64,000 bases of DNA from Lama glama. Lineage: Eukaryota. Both the position numbers and the translations under genes were made by a program. The stretch is taken from the NCBI GenBank assembly GCA_028534125.1, contig CM052823.1:12028001-12092000 (forward strand), in the 5' to 3' direction. The notes under the pieces were generated by a model. It was not told the origin of the DNA. It made no database searches and saw only the letters and a program-made list of their open reading frames with translations. Shown one piece after another: positions 44,965 to 58,822 of this stretch. Each line of letters begins with the position of its first letter. Within the stretch, counting starts at the first letter, position 1.

Positions 44965-45393
44965 TTATACCTTTTATTATGGAAGATTTTAACACTGTAG
45001 TATAATGGACTTCAGTGTATGCTGTAACTGTGGTGGGAGTCCTCACACCGTGTGTATCCTGACGTGTTGACCCATCTTGCCTCACCCCATCCCCCCGCCT
45101 CGCCCCTTCTCACTCCGCTTGCCGGATTATCTTCAAGCAGATCCCAGACAGTGTATCATTGTATCCACAGATATTTCAGAATGTGTCTCTAATACATAAC
45201 TTTCAAACATGCACAGCCCCGTCCCCCAAACCATTATCCCTCCTAAAACCAAATTAACTGTGATTCTTTACTATCATCTAAAATCCAGTCCATTCTAGAT
45301 TTTATCTGAGTGGTAAAAAAAATATTAGCAGTGTTTTTTTTTTTTTCAAATTAGAATCCAAAGAAGGTCCACATGTGACATTTGGTTGATGTT
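44965..45393 (-). mobile_element. L1MC-like LINE fragment (host of the adjacent Tigger insertion)
   Basis: ttttattatggaagattttaacac...ggattatcttcaagcagatcccagacag...ttagaatccaaagaaggtccacatgtgacatttggttgatgt. Confidence 0.65.
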
Positions 45394-45793
45394 CAGGGTT
45401 TCCCCCCACTGTCTGAAAACAGAGCTCTCCTGTGAAACCCTTTGTAAGCTGAAATGCTGTCAAGCGAAGAAGCCATTACCTTAAGACCCGTCTTACTAAC
45501 AGATGCACAAAGCAAATTGGGATAAAGCACAGACACTCACGGACACAGTTCACAGCTCCTGGGGCTGGATACTGAGATGCTGAGGGTAGTTCCCGGGAAA
45601 GGAGCTTGGGGGCTCTTCTCGCTGCTTGGGGTGCTCACTGCAACAAGCTGAGTGCTCTTTTTGCTTTTTGCCTCTTTTCATAAAGGTGAGAATTTTCTTT
45701 AGATTTCTTTCGTTAAGCAAAACAGGTACTAAAATAGGGCTTTTGTGAAAGCAAAGTGGCATGAAGTAACTTTCAGAAAGGAGGGGATGCCTG
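45394..45793 (-). mobile_element. Tigger9-like TcMar-Tigger DNA element
   Basis: Inverted termini cagggtttcccccc / gaggggatgcctg followed by TA; internal sequence resembles Tigger9 as recalled. Confidence 0.65.
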
Positions 45794-48678
45794 TATCTCT
45801 TCAAAGCTCTTCGGTCTCTTTTTAATCTAAGCTCCTTCCTCTTCGTTTTTTTTCTTTTTGTTGTTTTTCTCCTCACCACTTAAAGGAAGCGTCTTCCCAG
45901 TTTGTCCTCTCCTCCTGTCATTATTGTGAGGTTCCCGTCCTGCCGTCCTAGGGCTCTCCGTTCTGCAAAAGGCCATGTGCGCTAATGCTGACTTTGACTT
46001 GTGTACACTGTTTCCTCGGCCTGGAATGTTCCTCGTCTCTTCCCCTCTGGACGATTCTTACCTCAGAAGACCCAGCTGACCTGCAGCCCTTCCCCTGCAA
46101 AGCCTTCCCTGGACCATCCCTGCCCATTTTTGGTTGTGTTCCCCACGTTGCCCATTACCGTTCAACACTTGTTTTGCAGTGTAATTATCCCCTTAGTCTC
46201 TGTCCCTGCCAGGGTCCTCCCTTCACTTCTGGGATTGAGAGCAGGGACTGTATGGAATGCACTTCTGCCTCCCCTGGGACTGGATGCTGCCCGGCATGTC
46301 GTGGGGATTCTGGAAATACTTTATGACTCAATGGACGAGCCATCAGCCACCAATTTAAGTATTTTACATTAAACTTAGTGTCAGGTTCTTTGGAATACTT
46401 GAGTAATAGTGCAGGAAGCTTTGAATGCCCTGTATGAGTAGCTTTCTCTAATTAGGAAGAACACTGCTTTTTAAGTTTGTTTTCCATCCACTGTAAGGCT
46501 GTGGGCTCGCCCAGGGAGATGCCTCTGTCTCCCTGCAGTGGCCAAGAGCTACCACCCTCTTGTTAAGAATTAACCAAAGGGAGAAAGTCTTAGCCCCAGA
46601 TGTCTTGACCAATGAGTGTTTCACAGCTAGTAGAGAAAGGGGTGCTTCAGGCAATACAGGAGAGTTGACCCCTCCCCTCTGAGATTTGCTCAATCGTGGA
46701 CGACACCCAATCGTCTGTCACTTTTGGTAAAGTGAACTGGGGCACAGCAGATTTTCTTTGCTGTTGCTGTTCCATAAATCCATTGATAGAGATCTCTCTT
46801 CTCTGGGATCCTAGAAGATGATGTTGGTTTATAGAAGAATCTGAGGTCCAAACAGTGCACTGGGTAGCAACTCCTGTATCTGGGCACAGAGTCCAGGTCT
46901 GCCGCTCTTTCCTCTGCACCGTCTCACCGCTTCATTCCTTCCTCGAGACGCTGACTAATTGGAAATGGACATGAACTTGTGCCATTTACATGGGATTTAT
47001 TTTCCTTCATGTGTCTTATTTTGAGTCACAGAATGTACTCAGTTTTTAAGAAGTGATTTATCATTTGTCTTTGTGACCTTTGAGGATATGCTCAAGCCTA
47101 TCCAATTTTTGTTTCTTAAATTACTCAGAGTGTCCTTGAATTTTAGTCTTTGAATAAGTCTGTGGACACTATTTTGAGTTACCTGCTAATGAGTATTATA
47201 GCCATTGATGAAATTCACCCAAATCTTTCCTGGTGAGCATAAGACCTGTTTGTTAATAGGGACATTATGTGTAGAGAATGCAAAATGCCCAGAAGCAGTG
47301 GCAAGTGTAATCAGAGGACTATTGGAGGATTTTTTACTTAAGTCTCTGTCTTGATTAACTCTACATTCATTATCTCTGGTTCTTTAACTTATTTTAAAAG
47401 TCTTCACTTCATCCTTAGAGGCTGGTTTATATTGAAGGGGTTGTTTCTCTGAAACAATACTCAGAAGTTAAAAGGGAATGATACCAATCCTGTATGGTGC
47501 CTGAAACTTTCCCCTCACTTATTTATTCATTCAGCAGATGTTGATTTCGTGCTTAGAAACAGACTTTGCTCTGGGCATCAGGAAACAGGGATAATTCCAG
47601 TCTTGTGGGAGAGATGCGCATATAAAGAAATACATGCCCAGCATGGTGTATGACATCCATTCAGGGTCCTGTGGGGGGCGGGGGTGGGGTGACTGCAGCC
47701 TGTTTTTATGTGTGTTGATGAACTGGATGTCTGTTGCACAGAGAATGTTCTTAGAAAGCATGGATGGTACACCAAGCACTGAGGCAGATGTTTAGGGTCT
47801 CTGGGTTCTAGAGCTAACTGGGTCACTAGCCAGCTCTGGGACCTAGGGTGAGTGCCTGCATCTCTCTGAACCCAAGCTTTCTCCATTCAATTCAGTAATC
47901 CTTCTCTTGTGGTCCCACTGTGTTAATTCGGTAATTCATCGGTAAGCAGAGTTGACCTAGATCCATGGTTCCCAAACCACCTGTCCTGGAGAGCTCTTTG
48001 TCCTCCCGACTCTGTGCTTTCATTAGACACCCAGGATGACCACCAGCCCCAGGTTCCAATCTGCATCAGATCGCCAGTGTCAGCGTGGTGTGCCCAGGAA
48101 GAACGTCTCTGCCCCAAGCACAGGAGCTGGATGTGGCAGCTCACACAGCGATGTTCACACGTGTGTGATTTGCAAAAGGCTTTGAAGATGTGTTGGGAAG
48201 AAGCCCTGTCCTCTCAGCGCTGACTCTGCAGGAGACCCTTTCCACGTGGGGAACACAGGTCTGGGATGTGCGTGACCTGCAAGTCCTTTCTTGTGTCGTA
48301 ATCAAAACTGAAGTTGTGTAGATAGGGACTCACTGTGCTTGAGTTGCCCACTGGGTCTCACCTTCTTGCCAAGTGTCTTGCAGTCAGCTGTGGTTGAGTT
48401 TGGCGAAATGTGATTCCAGTTGGTATTTTTTTCCCCCTGTGCAAAATGTTCGGTGTACCTCCCCTAAGCCACGTGTCTGCCCCGGTGCTGAGGTGTGTGG
48501 GCTTGGTGGGGATCTCTGTTCCTGGCTGTCCCCGGCTGCATGGCTGACGGAGGGCATTCTTAGCCATTCGGAGCTGGGCGTGCAGGTTTTAAGATCATCA
48601 CTTCAGAAATGGTAGCTCATTCATACCGTGTCATTGGTAGATTTCTCATGGTGCCCTGCACTTGCTTGTCTAAGCAAG

Positions 48679-49108
48679 CATTGTGGGTTGAATTGTGTCC
48701 CTCAGAAAAATATGTTGAATTCTGAATCCTCAGTACCTGTGACGGTGACCCTATTTGGAAATAGGGTGTTTGCAGATATAATCAAGTCAAGATGAGGACA
48801 TTCTGGATTAGGGTGGGCCTTTATCCCGTATAACCAGGGATGGATGCCGTGTGAAGATGGAGGCAGAGGTTGGAGTGATGCGTCTTCAAGCTGAGAAATT
48901 GAAGGATTGACAGCCACATCAAAAGTTAGGAGAGAGGCATGGACCACATTTTCTTTCAGAGCTTCCAGAAAGAACCAGCCCGGCTGACACCTGAGTTTTG
49001 AACTTCAAGTTAGAACTTTAAGAGAAGGAATTTCTGTTATTTTAAGCCACCCAGTTTGTGGTGCTTTTTATTTTTATTTTTTTACAACAGCCACAGGAAA
49101 CTAATACA
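48679..49108 (+). mobile_element. MLT1C-like MaLR solo LTR
   Basis: tgtgggttgaattgtgtccctc...ttggaaatagggtgtttgcagat...ttaagccacccagtttgtggt...cagccacaggaaactaataca. Confidence 0.85.
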
Positions 49109-52100
49109 GCAGCAGAAAGAAGTAGCAGTGAGGGAACTAAGGCTGCAGAGGTGCTGGTGATGGATTCAGACCCAGAACCCACATCTCCAGAGCTTGGAGC
49201 TTCTTCTGCTCCCACCACTGCCTTTTCCAGTACGTTTGAAACCTGACCTTGTTCCCGTTAAAGAGGAAGAAGCCAAATTAGGAGGCAAATGGTTTGTTTT
49301 CCTCATCAGTTTTTGATGGTGAATGAGGAGACCCGGGGGCTCGATGACCGAGTGGGGAGAATTTCTAGGGTTCTGGTCGTGTTTGCTCCACAAACTGCAG
49401 GCGGAGAGCAGGGGACACAACATGATGGGACTTATTCTTCTGGGACCGTGGCTTGCTTGTTGTGCACTTGAACTTTCTCTGCAGTGGGTTGTAGTAAGTG
49501 CCCATGTGCTCCTTTTCTTCCTCCGTCATCCTCCCCACCCTCTTTTCTCTGAATGAAAGCATTTTCTGGAAGGCTGTCCTCAGTGTCCCTATTAGATGGT
49601 GTGGGGTGATGGAGTAGGAGGAAGGCTGAGGTTTTAACTTTATGTATGAAAATCTGAAAAGGTGTCACTCTGTTTTCAACCCATGACACTCGTCCTCTGA
49701 AAACCCCACTCATTCTTCAGAAGGCTCCCCTCCTTAGATCAGTGACTTTCCAGCTCACCTCTGCCTGCTTTGATTTTGAGGTGTTTGTGGGCCTGGCTCA
49801 GTCCCCTCCTCAGCTCCTCAGCACCAAGCCCCCCTTCCCTGTCTCCTGCACCGGACGTCTGTCTCCGGGGCCCACTCATGTGCCTCTTTGCCCGTGGCAG
49901 GGTCTTCGTGCACCGAACCCATCGGATGGTCCTTACTGCCTGGTGGTCATCTGGGTACAGCTCGGTGCCACACCTGCCCCACATGTCTTACCTAGGATCT
50001 CTTTAAACCTTGAACTTGGAAGGAGCAACTCTTGTTTGGAGTAATGTGTTGACTGAAACAAGAAATCACGAGACTCGGTTTGCTCAACTGCAAATGGTCA
50101 CGTCAGCTGGGTTCTTGGTACGGCCGCCGAGGGCCTGGCTGCATCCTTTTAGGATTATGAATGTATTGGCTACTTTGTTCCCAGTGACTCAGTGTTTGCA
50201 TGACCTCAGTTCTACTAAGCATCTGAAGGCACTTTAGTCGAGTGTCTTTAGTGTTGCCCAGTGCAACAACATTTTATTTCTGAGCAACAGTCGTGCCTTG
50301 AACTTGGGCTGCTCTTGAGGAGGACTTGCTGGCCGCCCTTAAGAGCCGAGGTCAGTCTGGGCCTGGCAGTGGGCAGTCGGGCTGCTCCTTGGGTTCAAGG
50401 TGATTCTCTCCCCTAAAGTGTTCGCTCTCCTTAATTGGCCCCAGGAGACCGGACGTAAGTAAACACAGTTCCCGGAACAGATGCCAGTCTCTTCACCTCT
50501 GGATGGTGGCAGATGGATCCACTGTTAAGCTTAGCAGCTGGAAAGAGAGCTTTCTGGAGATATTACCTCCTCACACTGTCTTCACCTCGTCTATTCTGAA
50601 GCCTTGAGCTTCTTTTCCTTCGTTAGTGACCTTATTCCTAAGCGACAAGGGCAGGACCTCTTGAGAGGTCCTGAGAGGACGTGGACTAAGTATAAGTCTG
50701 GAGCCTGCCTGAGAGGGTCCCCCGCCCACGTGTGGGGACAGAAGTGACACCCCCGCTCATGGCATCACCAGGCAACATCAGGAGCGGCAGGAGGGTTTCT
50801 GGAGATTTGGGTCATACGAGTGGATTCAATTACTTTAGTGCTTCCTTGTGCCATTTTTATTTTCTTTAATACCTTGTATTTTATTTTGCTAGAATTCCCC
50901 CTTCCTAGAATAAAAGCACATTCAATAATAGGAATTCTCTGGCATCTAATACAGCATGATACTGCTTGTCAGTTTGAAGAAAAAGCAAATTGTCTGCTCT
51001 GTGGGTTGGGATTTCCTCTTAAAAAAAAAAAAAGCAGCTTAGAGAAAATCCCCAAACATAGTCTCCTGATTGAAAAATATATTAGTGGATTTCATGGCTT
51101 TATCATTTTCTTAAAGTAACAGTTTTCCTTATTTTAAAAACATATACAATATATATAGTGCTATTGAAACATATGGCTGAAAAGATTCCCCGTGCTGAAT
51201 GTTTTATGGTTTACGAAATAGGAAAAAGTCTTAATTTCCTAAAATTGGGTAGTTCAGAAGACCCTTCTTAGTCCTCATCCAAAGAGCAGGCGTCCCCTCT
51301 GTGGCCGTGACCAGCCTGGGTCATTTCTGTGTGACTTCCATGGCGGACATGCTAATGTCATGCGCTGACATCTCCAGACCATCCTTTGTTCCCTGAATTT
51401 GACTTCCTTCATCATCAGCAAGTGAATGCTTCTTGCCCTGCCCCCATCCCCAACCTCGCAGCCTGCTCCCAACGCATCATCAGTTTCAAGAACTTTCCCA
51501 TCCTTGTCTTTGTGGCACAGTTTTTTTCGGCAATCATTTGGATTGCTTGTGTACTTTGCCCTTCTTTTAGAAAAATGAAAATTAAAAATTAAAAAGGTTA
51601 ATAATAAGTTATGAAGAGCATAATTCTCCTAAACACATCCATTGAGAAAAAGCTGGAAATCACTTGGCATGAGTCTCGGGTCTTGACTGGGGCCCCGTGG
51701 GAGTCCTCAGCTGGGAAGAGAAAGAAGAAAGTTGAAGCGTGTCTGTGAAATGCTGCGACATTGGGCGTATTTAGGGAATTCATAATCGTCCTTTTCTTGC
51801 TTTGTGTGTTAAGTGCTCTTAGAAAGAACACACCTTTATACTGGTGAGGTGGACGTGGTAACAGAGAAGTTTGACTTTCTTGCATTTTACTTTCAAACCC
51901 GTTGTCAAAAAGGACTGCCCTGGAAACCCAAACAGGGCTCCTGTAAGTTGCCCCTCGGGCTGCGGTTCTGCCCACCAGAGCCTTCCTGGGTAAATGTTTC
52001 CTTTTCAGAGAGGCTAGAGGTCTTCAAGGTCAGCCCTCAGGGTGTTTCCCGAGTCACCCTGATTCCCCTCCCCATGCTTCTGATGTCCTGTTTCCTAGGA

Positions 52101-53124
52101 CTTACTCTTTCTGGATCACCTGACTTTGGATTCTCTGATTTTCCGGGCTCCCCTTGTGGGTGCCACCTGGCGTCGCAGAGCAGTCGGGGCAGTGCTCTGC
52201 CGGCGCTGGTGAGCCTGCTGCCCTCAGAGCCGTGTTTGCCTGGTGTCTGGAATCCGTCCTGCTTCATCATGGCTTCCGCCTTCAGAGGCTTTGCTGTTGG
52301 CCTCTTGGCATCTCACCTTTTATTTTTTTGCTTCTCCCACAATCTGGTGTCTCCTTAACGATCAGGTTCTAGCTTCCATGACGCCACTGCCTAGAGATCT
52401 GCCTCAGGTCCTCCTGCTGGGCTCCATCAGGACCTTTCCTCTAGGGGGCACGTAGCCCCAGGTGTACTTACCACTCATTTGGTACTTGTTAACCATCTGT
52501 CTCCTTCTCCAAATGGAGAGCAGCACCTTGCACAGGGGGCTCTGGAAGCTCTGCTGCATGAGTAACTGGCACCCTCATTTTCCTGGTCCCCTCAGTGCTG
52601 AACCTGCCTTTGTCTTTGATTCCTCCTCTCCGTGGGCCTCTGGACCACACCTTGCTTGTGGCCCCACCCTTCATCCCTGAGTGGCGGGTCCAGCCTTCTC
52701 CATCTCCTGGCTCTGTCCTCTGTGGTCTGAACACTGTCACTACTATATCTTCTGCTCAGGTGTCTTCGTTGGTTGCTGCCACCTGTGTGACAGTAAATTC
52801 CCATCTCCTCCCTGACTTTCTAGACGCCTTGGAGCCTTCACCCATTTAGCTGTCCTTATTTCATGTGGCTGCTCTGCACGTGACCACCATTGGAGGCAGG
52901 GGGTCCCTGCCTGCTCTACAGAATCCACCAGGCAGGGTCCACTGCTCAAGCTGTCTTTACCTGGGCTCTCCCTTCCTTCTCCCTTTTGTACAGCCCAGCT
53001 TCCTGAGAGCTCAATTCCAAGCCCATCTCCTTCGTGAAGTCTGTTCTTGACCTTATTCTTCTCTGTCTCTGGCCCTTGGCACTTACAGTCTGTCTGTGAA
53101 ATTTATAATAAACAGAGCCTGCCG

Positions 53125-53380
53125 TATAATGAAATAAGGAGCAGTGCGGATGAGCTTTAGGAGCTGGGAGGTTGGAATCAGAGAGACCTGGGTATGAATC
53201 TTTTGCCATTTGCCAGATGTGTGTCCTTCAGCAGGTTAATTACTGTCAATGAGCTTCATGTCGTCCTCTGTGATGTGGGACGAAGAATGCCTTTCTCACA
53301 TGGTTGTTTAAAGATTGAATGATATAACGGTGGTACAACTCCTGGAACATGCCAAACATTAAGTAACTATAATACTGATG
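53125..53380 (+). mobile_element. MIR SINE
   Basis: ggaatcagagagacctgggtatgaatcttttgccatttgccagatgtgtgtccttcagcaggttaatt...ggttgtttaaagattgaatgatataa. Confidence 0.7.
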
Positions 53381-53391
53381 GTCATCTCCCC

Positions 53392-53750
53392 TGTGGACTG
53401 AATTGTATCCTCCCTCTGCGTGACTGTACTTGGACATAGCGCTTTTAGGAGGTAATTAAGGTTAAAGGAGGTCATAAGGCTGCAGTCCTAATCCGATAGG
53501 ATTGGTGGCTTTATGAGAAGAGGAGGAGAGAGTGACCTCTCTCTCCACACTCACGTACGGGAAAGGCCACATGAGGACATAGTGAGAAGGTGGCTGTCTG
53601 TAAGCCAGGAGGAGAGTCCTCACCAGGAACCGAATCAGGCAGCTCTTTGATCTTGGACTTGGAGCCTCCAAAACTGTGAGAAATAAATCCCTGCTGTTTG
53701 AGCCTCCCAGTCAGTGGTATTTGTGAAGGCGGCTCGAGCTGACGAACACA
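53392..53750 (+). mobile_element. MLT1A-like MaLR solo LTR
   Basis: tgtggactgaattgtatcc...aggtaattaaggttaaaggaggtcataagg...tgagaaggtggctgtctgtaagccagga...aactgtgagaaataaat. Confidence 0.85.
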
Positions 53751-54639
53751 GTTGACTTTCACTCTAATTAGATAACAGTTTGTTGAGCTGATGTTAATTG
53801 AGCACTTATTACGTGTCACACACTACCTTGTTTAACCTTCCACGTCTAATCTCTCAGTTCTCATAACCTCCTCACTCGCTTGAGGTCCCCAGAGCCTAGC
53901 CGAGCCAGGATTCAAATGGCAACGTCACCTTCTAGCCTTTGGGAAGTGGCGCCTCCCAGAGGTGTGCAGGATGTGCCAGTGACCCTGATGGGGGGCCACG
54001 GGTCTCTGAGACCAGATGATGAGCTCCTTGATGTCAGGGGCGACACCTTGTGTTTTCTCTCCAGTGGCACTTAGCAAGTGCTCCGTGCACAGGAAGCAAT
54101 TAAAAAATAATTTTCGGTTGGCTAATATCCCCTAGACAGTTAGATTGCCTCCATCTGGGCAAAGAGTGAACTTTTCCGTGCACCCTGGTTCCCCAGTGTG
54201 CAACCCTGAGCTGTTTGCTGTCAGTGAGGTGGAGAGCCTGCCCCTGAGCTTGCCGAGTTGGAGAGAGTAAAGCAGGGTCGAGTCTTCGATGGTGGGTATT
54301 AAAACTTTGTGAGTCTGAACTTTCAATTTTTTACTGTCAGTGAGTGGAAGCGAGTCTTTGTGAGAATGGCCCTTACGGTGAAGGAGTCTACACGTTGGTT
54401 GTACAAGTAGTTCTCTTCTTTTTCTTTTTCTCCTTTGCTTTCTTCTCTTGTGTGAAGTTATATTGAAAAGACCAGAGAGAATATTAAACTGTTTTTTTTT
54501 TTCTGCCTCAGCCTTTGTTATTCAGAGAGAAATTTGCTTCACTCTCCTCAGGACCCAGATGGCTTTGTTAGTAATTAATTAACCTCTTTCTTCTCAGAGT
54601 TTGATAGGTTTGGGCTTCTGAAAAAGATTAGCCATGTGG

Positions 54640-55020
54640 AATCTAACTGAGGGTCAAGGTGGTGGGGTTCTAGCTTTTAGATTTCCAGGACCCTGTACAC
54701 AGACAATGGCATATATACCTTACCAGCACATTATAAAATAAGACTGTGAAAGTGGAACTCAAAAATAGACAAGCCCTGTAAAGAGAGGGGGAACGCAAAT
54801 ATTCCAAATTCGGAAGCTGGTGTATTTGCTGCGATTGAGTGCCCTGACAGCCAAGGCAAAAATGGAAACTCAGCAGTTTATGTAATTCTTCTCTGGTGAA
54901 ATGTTACTTTGGGAGAGAATCATAATTCTCAGGTGCCAGTTTCTAGAAAGAATACACTGTGGGGCTCTTTCACCAAAGAATATAAAACCACATAATTTGC
55001 AACATGTACAACAACTCTAG
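54640..55020. mobile_element. Probable old hAT-type DNA transposon fragment (family uncertain)
   Basis: Resembles hAT-Tip100 non-autonomous elements; no TIR/TSD confirmed. Confidence 0.3.
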
Positions 55021-55857
55021 CTATAGTTCCAGAAGTGATCAAGACTTTCGCTCATCCTGTTATGGCTTTATCTTTATCTGTCCCTAGTTGACTCCTGTTC
55101 ATCCTTTAGACTTTGACAGGGGTTACCTCCTCCAAGAAGTCCTCTGTGATGCTCTCTGCCCAGGCCAGCCTGACTCCTTCTCCTCAGTGGGCCCATATAC
55201 TATGGGCATAGTTTTATCTCTGCACCTCCATATTGCTTTATGTTGTCTCTCACAACCTGACAAGGTATTCCTAGGATTCATGCCTGGTGTCGTGGTAGGT
55301 GTGTGACCAGTGTTTGCTGAAGGAAAGAAGTTTATTGACCTAGGTGAGAAACGCTTTTCTGTGTGGACGAAGCCAGTTTTTGCCAGTGAATGTCACTGGC
55401 TGATTTTTGGCGTCTGCCCCTCCCTTGTAAGTAGCTCGTCTGTGACGTGAGAAAGTTGCACATCTCAGTGTAGTGGCTGTCAGGTGTAGACTCAGGAGGC
55501 CTGGGTTCTAGTCCTGGGACTTCTACCAGGTAGAGGTGAGACTTCAGCCTTTCCCAGCTTGGCTTCTGTGTCTGCAAAGAAGACAGCTGTTGAGTTTGGT
55601 CAGGGAGCACAGAGATGTGGAATCTGTCTCCAGCCCCGTGTTCCAAGTCCAGGCTGGGCAACCCGCATCGGCCACAGCTCTTCCCCGTGAGCACGTGCCG
55701 GGTCAGGCTCCTTCTCTGAGCGTTGCTCCCTGAAGCCACCGCCAGTCCATCGGGGTTGGTGCCAGAGAAGAAACCTGTATAACTTCTGTGGTTATATTTG
55801 ATATTCTTTTGTGCCCTATTGAATCTAGAAAATTCCTTGGTTTTCCTCTGCTCTCAC

Positions 55858-56250
55858 TGTAATGGTCTGGAGCATCTCCCTAAAATTCATGTCTACCTGG
55901 AACCTCAGAATGTGACCTCATTTGGAAATCAGTTTTTTGTAGATGGAAGTCGTTAAGATGAAGTACACTGGATTCGATCATAAGAGGAGAGGACACAGAC
56001 ACGTGGGGAAGGGTGCTGTGTGACGATGGTGGTGGAGCTTGGAGTGATGTGGCCACAAGCCAAGGAATGCCGGTGGTGGCTGAGGCCGCCAGGCCTGGGG
56101 GAGGCGGAGGGGGGGCTTCTGTTCCTAGAGCCTGCAGGGGGAGTGTGGTTCCATCAGCTCCTTGATTTCAGACTTCTGGCCTGTGACACAGTGTTTCTTT
56201 TGTTTCACCAAGTTTGTGATAATGTATCACGACAACTCTAGGGAAGCAGC
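55858..56250 (+). mobile_element. MLT1B/C-like MaLR solo LTR
   Basis: aaattcatgtctacctggaacctcagaatgtgacctcatttggaaat...ggagtgatgtggccacaagccaaggaatgc...cttgatttcagacttctggcct. Confidence 0.8.
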
Positions 56251-56859
56251 ACGTTCACCTGGTGCTTTTCTGTAAAAACCATCCTCTGCGTTTGCTTTCT
56301 CTCGTGCTGGGGCGCCCTCCTCGCGTCCACCCAGCTAGGCTGATGCCTCGGGAGATGTCTTCTCGCCAGGCGGTGTGTGGTAGAGAGAACCAGACATTTC
56401 TCTGACTGTTCGTAAAAATTCAGGCATTGGTAAAAAGCCCCTTTTCCCAATTAATAGATGAAAGCATATGAATTACTTTATATTTTTGTGGGACATATGT
56501 TCATTTCAGGCTCCCTGAGGTCTTATTCAAATTATCGAAAACCTGGCCTCTGCAGTGTAATTCACAGATGGTACTGGCTTCAGCCAAAAAAGAAAAAGAC
56601 GGGGGCTGGGGGTGGGGAAAGCAACCATGTTCAAAACACAAAACAACTCGAGTGTTCTGAGCATTTGGGTGTCGGTGAAACAGTGTTGTACTGGGCCTCC
56701 CCCGACCTCCACTTGGGACCCAGCAGGATACCCTTCCCTTAGATGGGGGTGCATTTTACTGCCCTTTTACCTCTTGTTCAGTGTGACCTCCATGTTTCCC
56801 TTGCCTCAAATACCACCTTTCTTTATCAAGTGTTTCCCTATGTTGTTTAATGATCTCAG

Positions 56860-57010
56860 GACCCTACAAAGTGGGTAACTGTTGTCCCATTTTATAGGCA
56901 AGGAAACTGAGGCTCTGAAAGACAGTTAGGTAGCCTATGACGGTCACTCCGCTGTGGCAGCAGAGCAGAATCTGAAGTGAAGTCTGTCTGACTCTGACAC
57001 CTGCGTCCTC
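56860..57010 (-). mobile_element. MIR SINE
   Basis: gtcccattttataggcaaggaaactgaggctctgaaagacagttaggtagcct...ggcagcagagcagaatctgaa. Confidence 0.75.
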
Positions 57011-57019
57011 CCAGCCCAC

Positions 57020-57700
57020 CGCAGAGGGCATTTGTGGCAGGGAGTGGCTAGGACCCGTAGCTGGAGCAAACTTAGGATGGACACAGACTGGCTTGGAGAG
57101 GGAGCTGATGAGAAAGGAGAGTGTGAGGGAGCAGGAAGGGGATGGCACAGGATAGGGTCAGGGGCTGGAAAGGTGTGTGCTGTGAGGCCTGGAAGTGGGA
57201 TGTTCTCTGCCTACACCAGGCACTGTCAAAGGCTTGGAGCATGGAGGAGAGCGGCTACTGGAGTAATTTACACCTGGCGTGGGAAGCAGAGAGGCGGGTT
57301 AGGGGCCAGAGGCTCGGCCGGGGCGGTGAGGGTTGGACCAGGTTGGCAGCTGTAGGAAAGGGTAGTATGCTGGCCCCATTTCCCCGAGGTAGAATCCAGG
57401 ACTGGTGACAGTGGGGGCCTCTGGGTGGGCAGACAAGGAAGAGGAGTAAGAGGCAAGGTTTACGTCTCCTAAGAGGAGAGGGTGGTGGCATCGTGTACTG
57501 TGACAAGCATCAAGGAGGAGGGGGTGGTGGGTTCAGGGGTGGTGGAAGAAACTGGTGGGTCCTAGTCTGGCCATGGTGGACTCCGGGCACCAAAGGGTCT
57601 TGGGAGAGGATGGCCAGTGGGCAGCCGATGTGTGTGTGGTTAGTGAACAGGCCAGGTGAAGCTTTGGAGATAGTTGAGAGGACTAAGCAAAGGGCCTGGG
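57020..57700 (-). mobile_element. L2 LINE fragment, degenerate
   Basis: Purine-rich L2-type phrases (ggcctggaagtgggatgttctctgcct, tggccagtgggcagccgatgtgtgtgtgg). Confidence 0.45.
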
Positions 57701-58632
57701 GTCAGCTTTACCTTCATTTAAGCAAACATTGTGAAGCCCTTCCCGGACTGTGTGTGCCTGGGCCGCGTAGACTTGGCCGCATGCTCCCAAGGGCCGGGAT
57801 GTCAGGGTGTGTAGGGTTCGCTGGGGAGGGCTCTTATGGTCCTGCCACCAGATGCTGTGGGGAGGCTTCGTAAAATTCAGAGCAAACCTATAATCCATGT
57901 GGTTTTGTAAGCTGAGGCCTTGGTCGGCGGCATAATCCTTCTGAATGGCCTCAGGAATACTCAGTAAACAGTCTACAGTGGAGAGTTACTATTTATCAGT
58001 AATATTTGCAGATGACAGTTCAGTGACCTTGTCGGTGTCTTTGTGATGACTCTAGGAGAACAGGGCTTTCTTCCTGCGGCCCTAGAGCCCGACTTCAGGT
58101 TTACATTCGGAGCTTTAGGCATCTCAGGGCTGGTCTGGCCTCTCATCCACATGGGTGGGCATCTTTACAGTGATTCTGAAGGTGATTTCCAGGACTGCTT
58201 GTGGTCTGTGGGCCTGTGAGGTCACTGCTGCTGTTTTGCTAGGAAGGGGGGCCGGGGCACCTGGCGTGTGGCCCTGCTCCTTCGTGGGCGGGGATGTGGT
58301 TCCAGGGGCCCCGCACCCTGGGTCCACTGGGAAGGGCAGGGGCGGGGGCTGGTGGGGTGGCCCTGGCAAAGCCAAGTTCTTCCTGAGATGCTCTTCTCAA
58401 GAAGGCTGACTGCATTTTGATGTTAACAAAGACAAGGACGTGAGGCTTGACTGAAGTCCTGATGTCCCTGAAAAATAGGACCTTCACAGGGATGAGGCTG
58501 GGAAGACAGGGCCTTGGCCACCTGCAGGCGGGGAGTCAGTGATGTGGGAAAAGGCGCCCTCCTGTATTTGAAGTAGGTTTGGACCTGGGGGGTCCTCCTT
58601 CTGCCAGAACTTGGTAGTTTATTCTGCTCTGG

Positions 58633-58822
58633 AGCAGCAGTTCTTAACTGGAGGTGATTTTGTCCCCTTGAGGGACACTTGGCAATGTCTGGAGACAACG
58701 TGGGGGAGGGGTCTTGCTGGCCTCTAGTGGGTAGAGACCAGGGCCTGCGGCACACAGGACAGCCTCACAACGAAGAGTTACCCTCAGTGCCACTACGGCC
58801 AAGGTTGAGAAGAACCATGGGC
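58633..58822. mobile_element. MER20 (hAT-Charlie) DNA element
   Basis: cagttcttaactggaggtgattttgtcccc...gggacacttggcaatgtctggagaca...ggcctctagtgggtagagaccaggg...gccaaggttgagaa. Confidence 0.85.
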
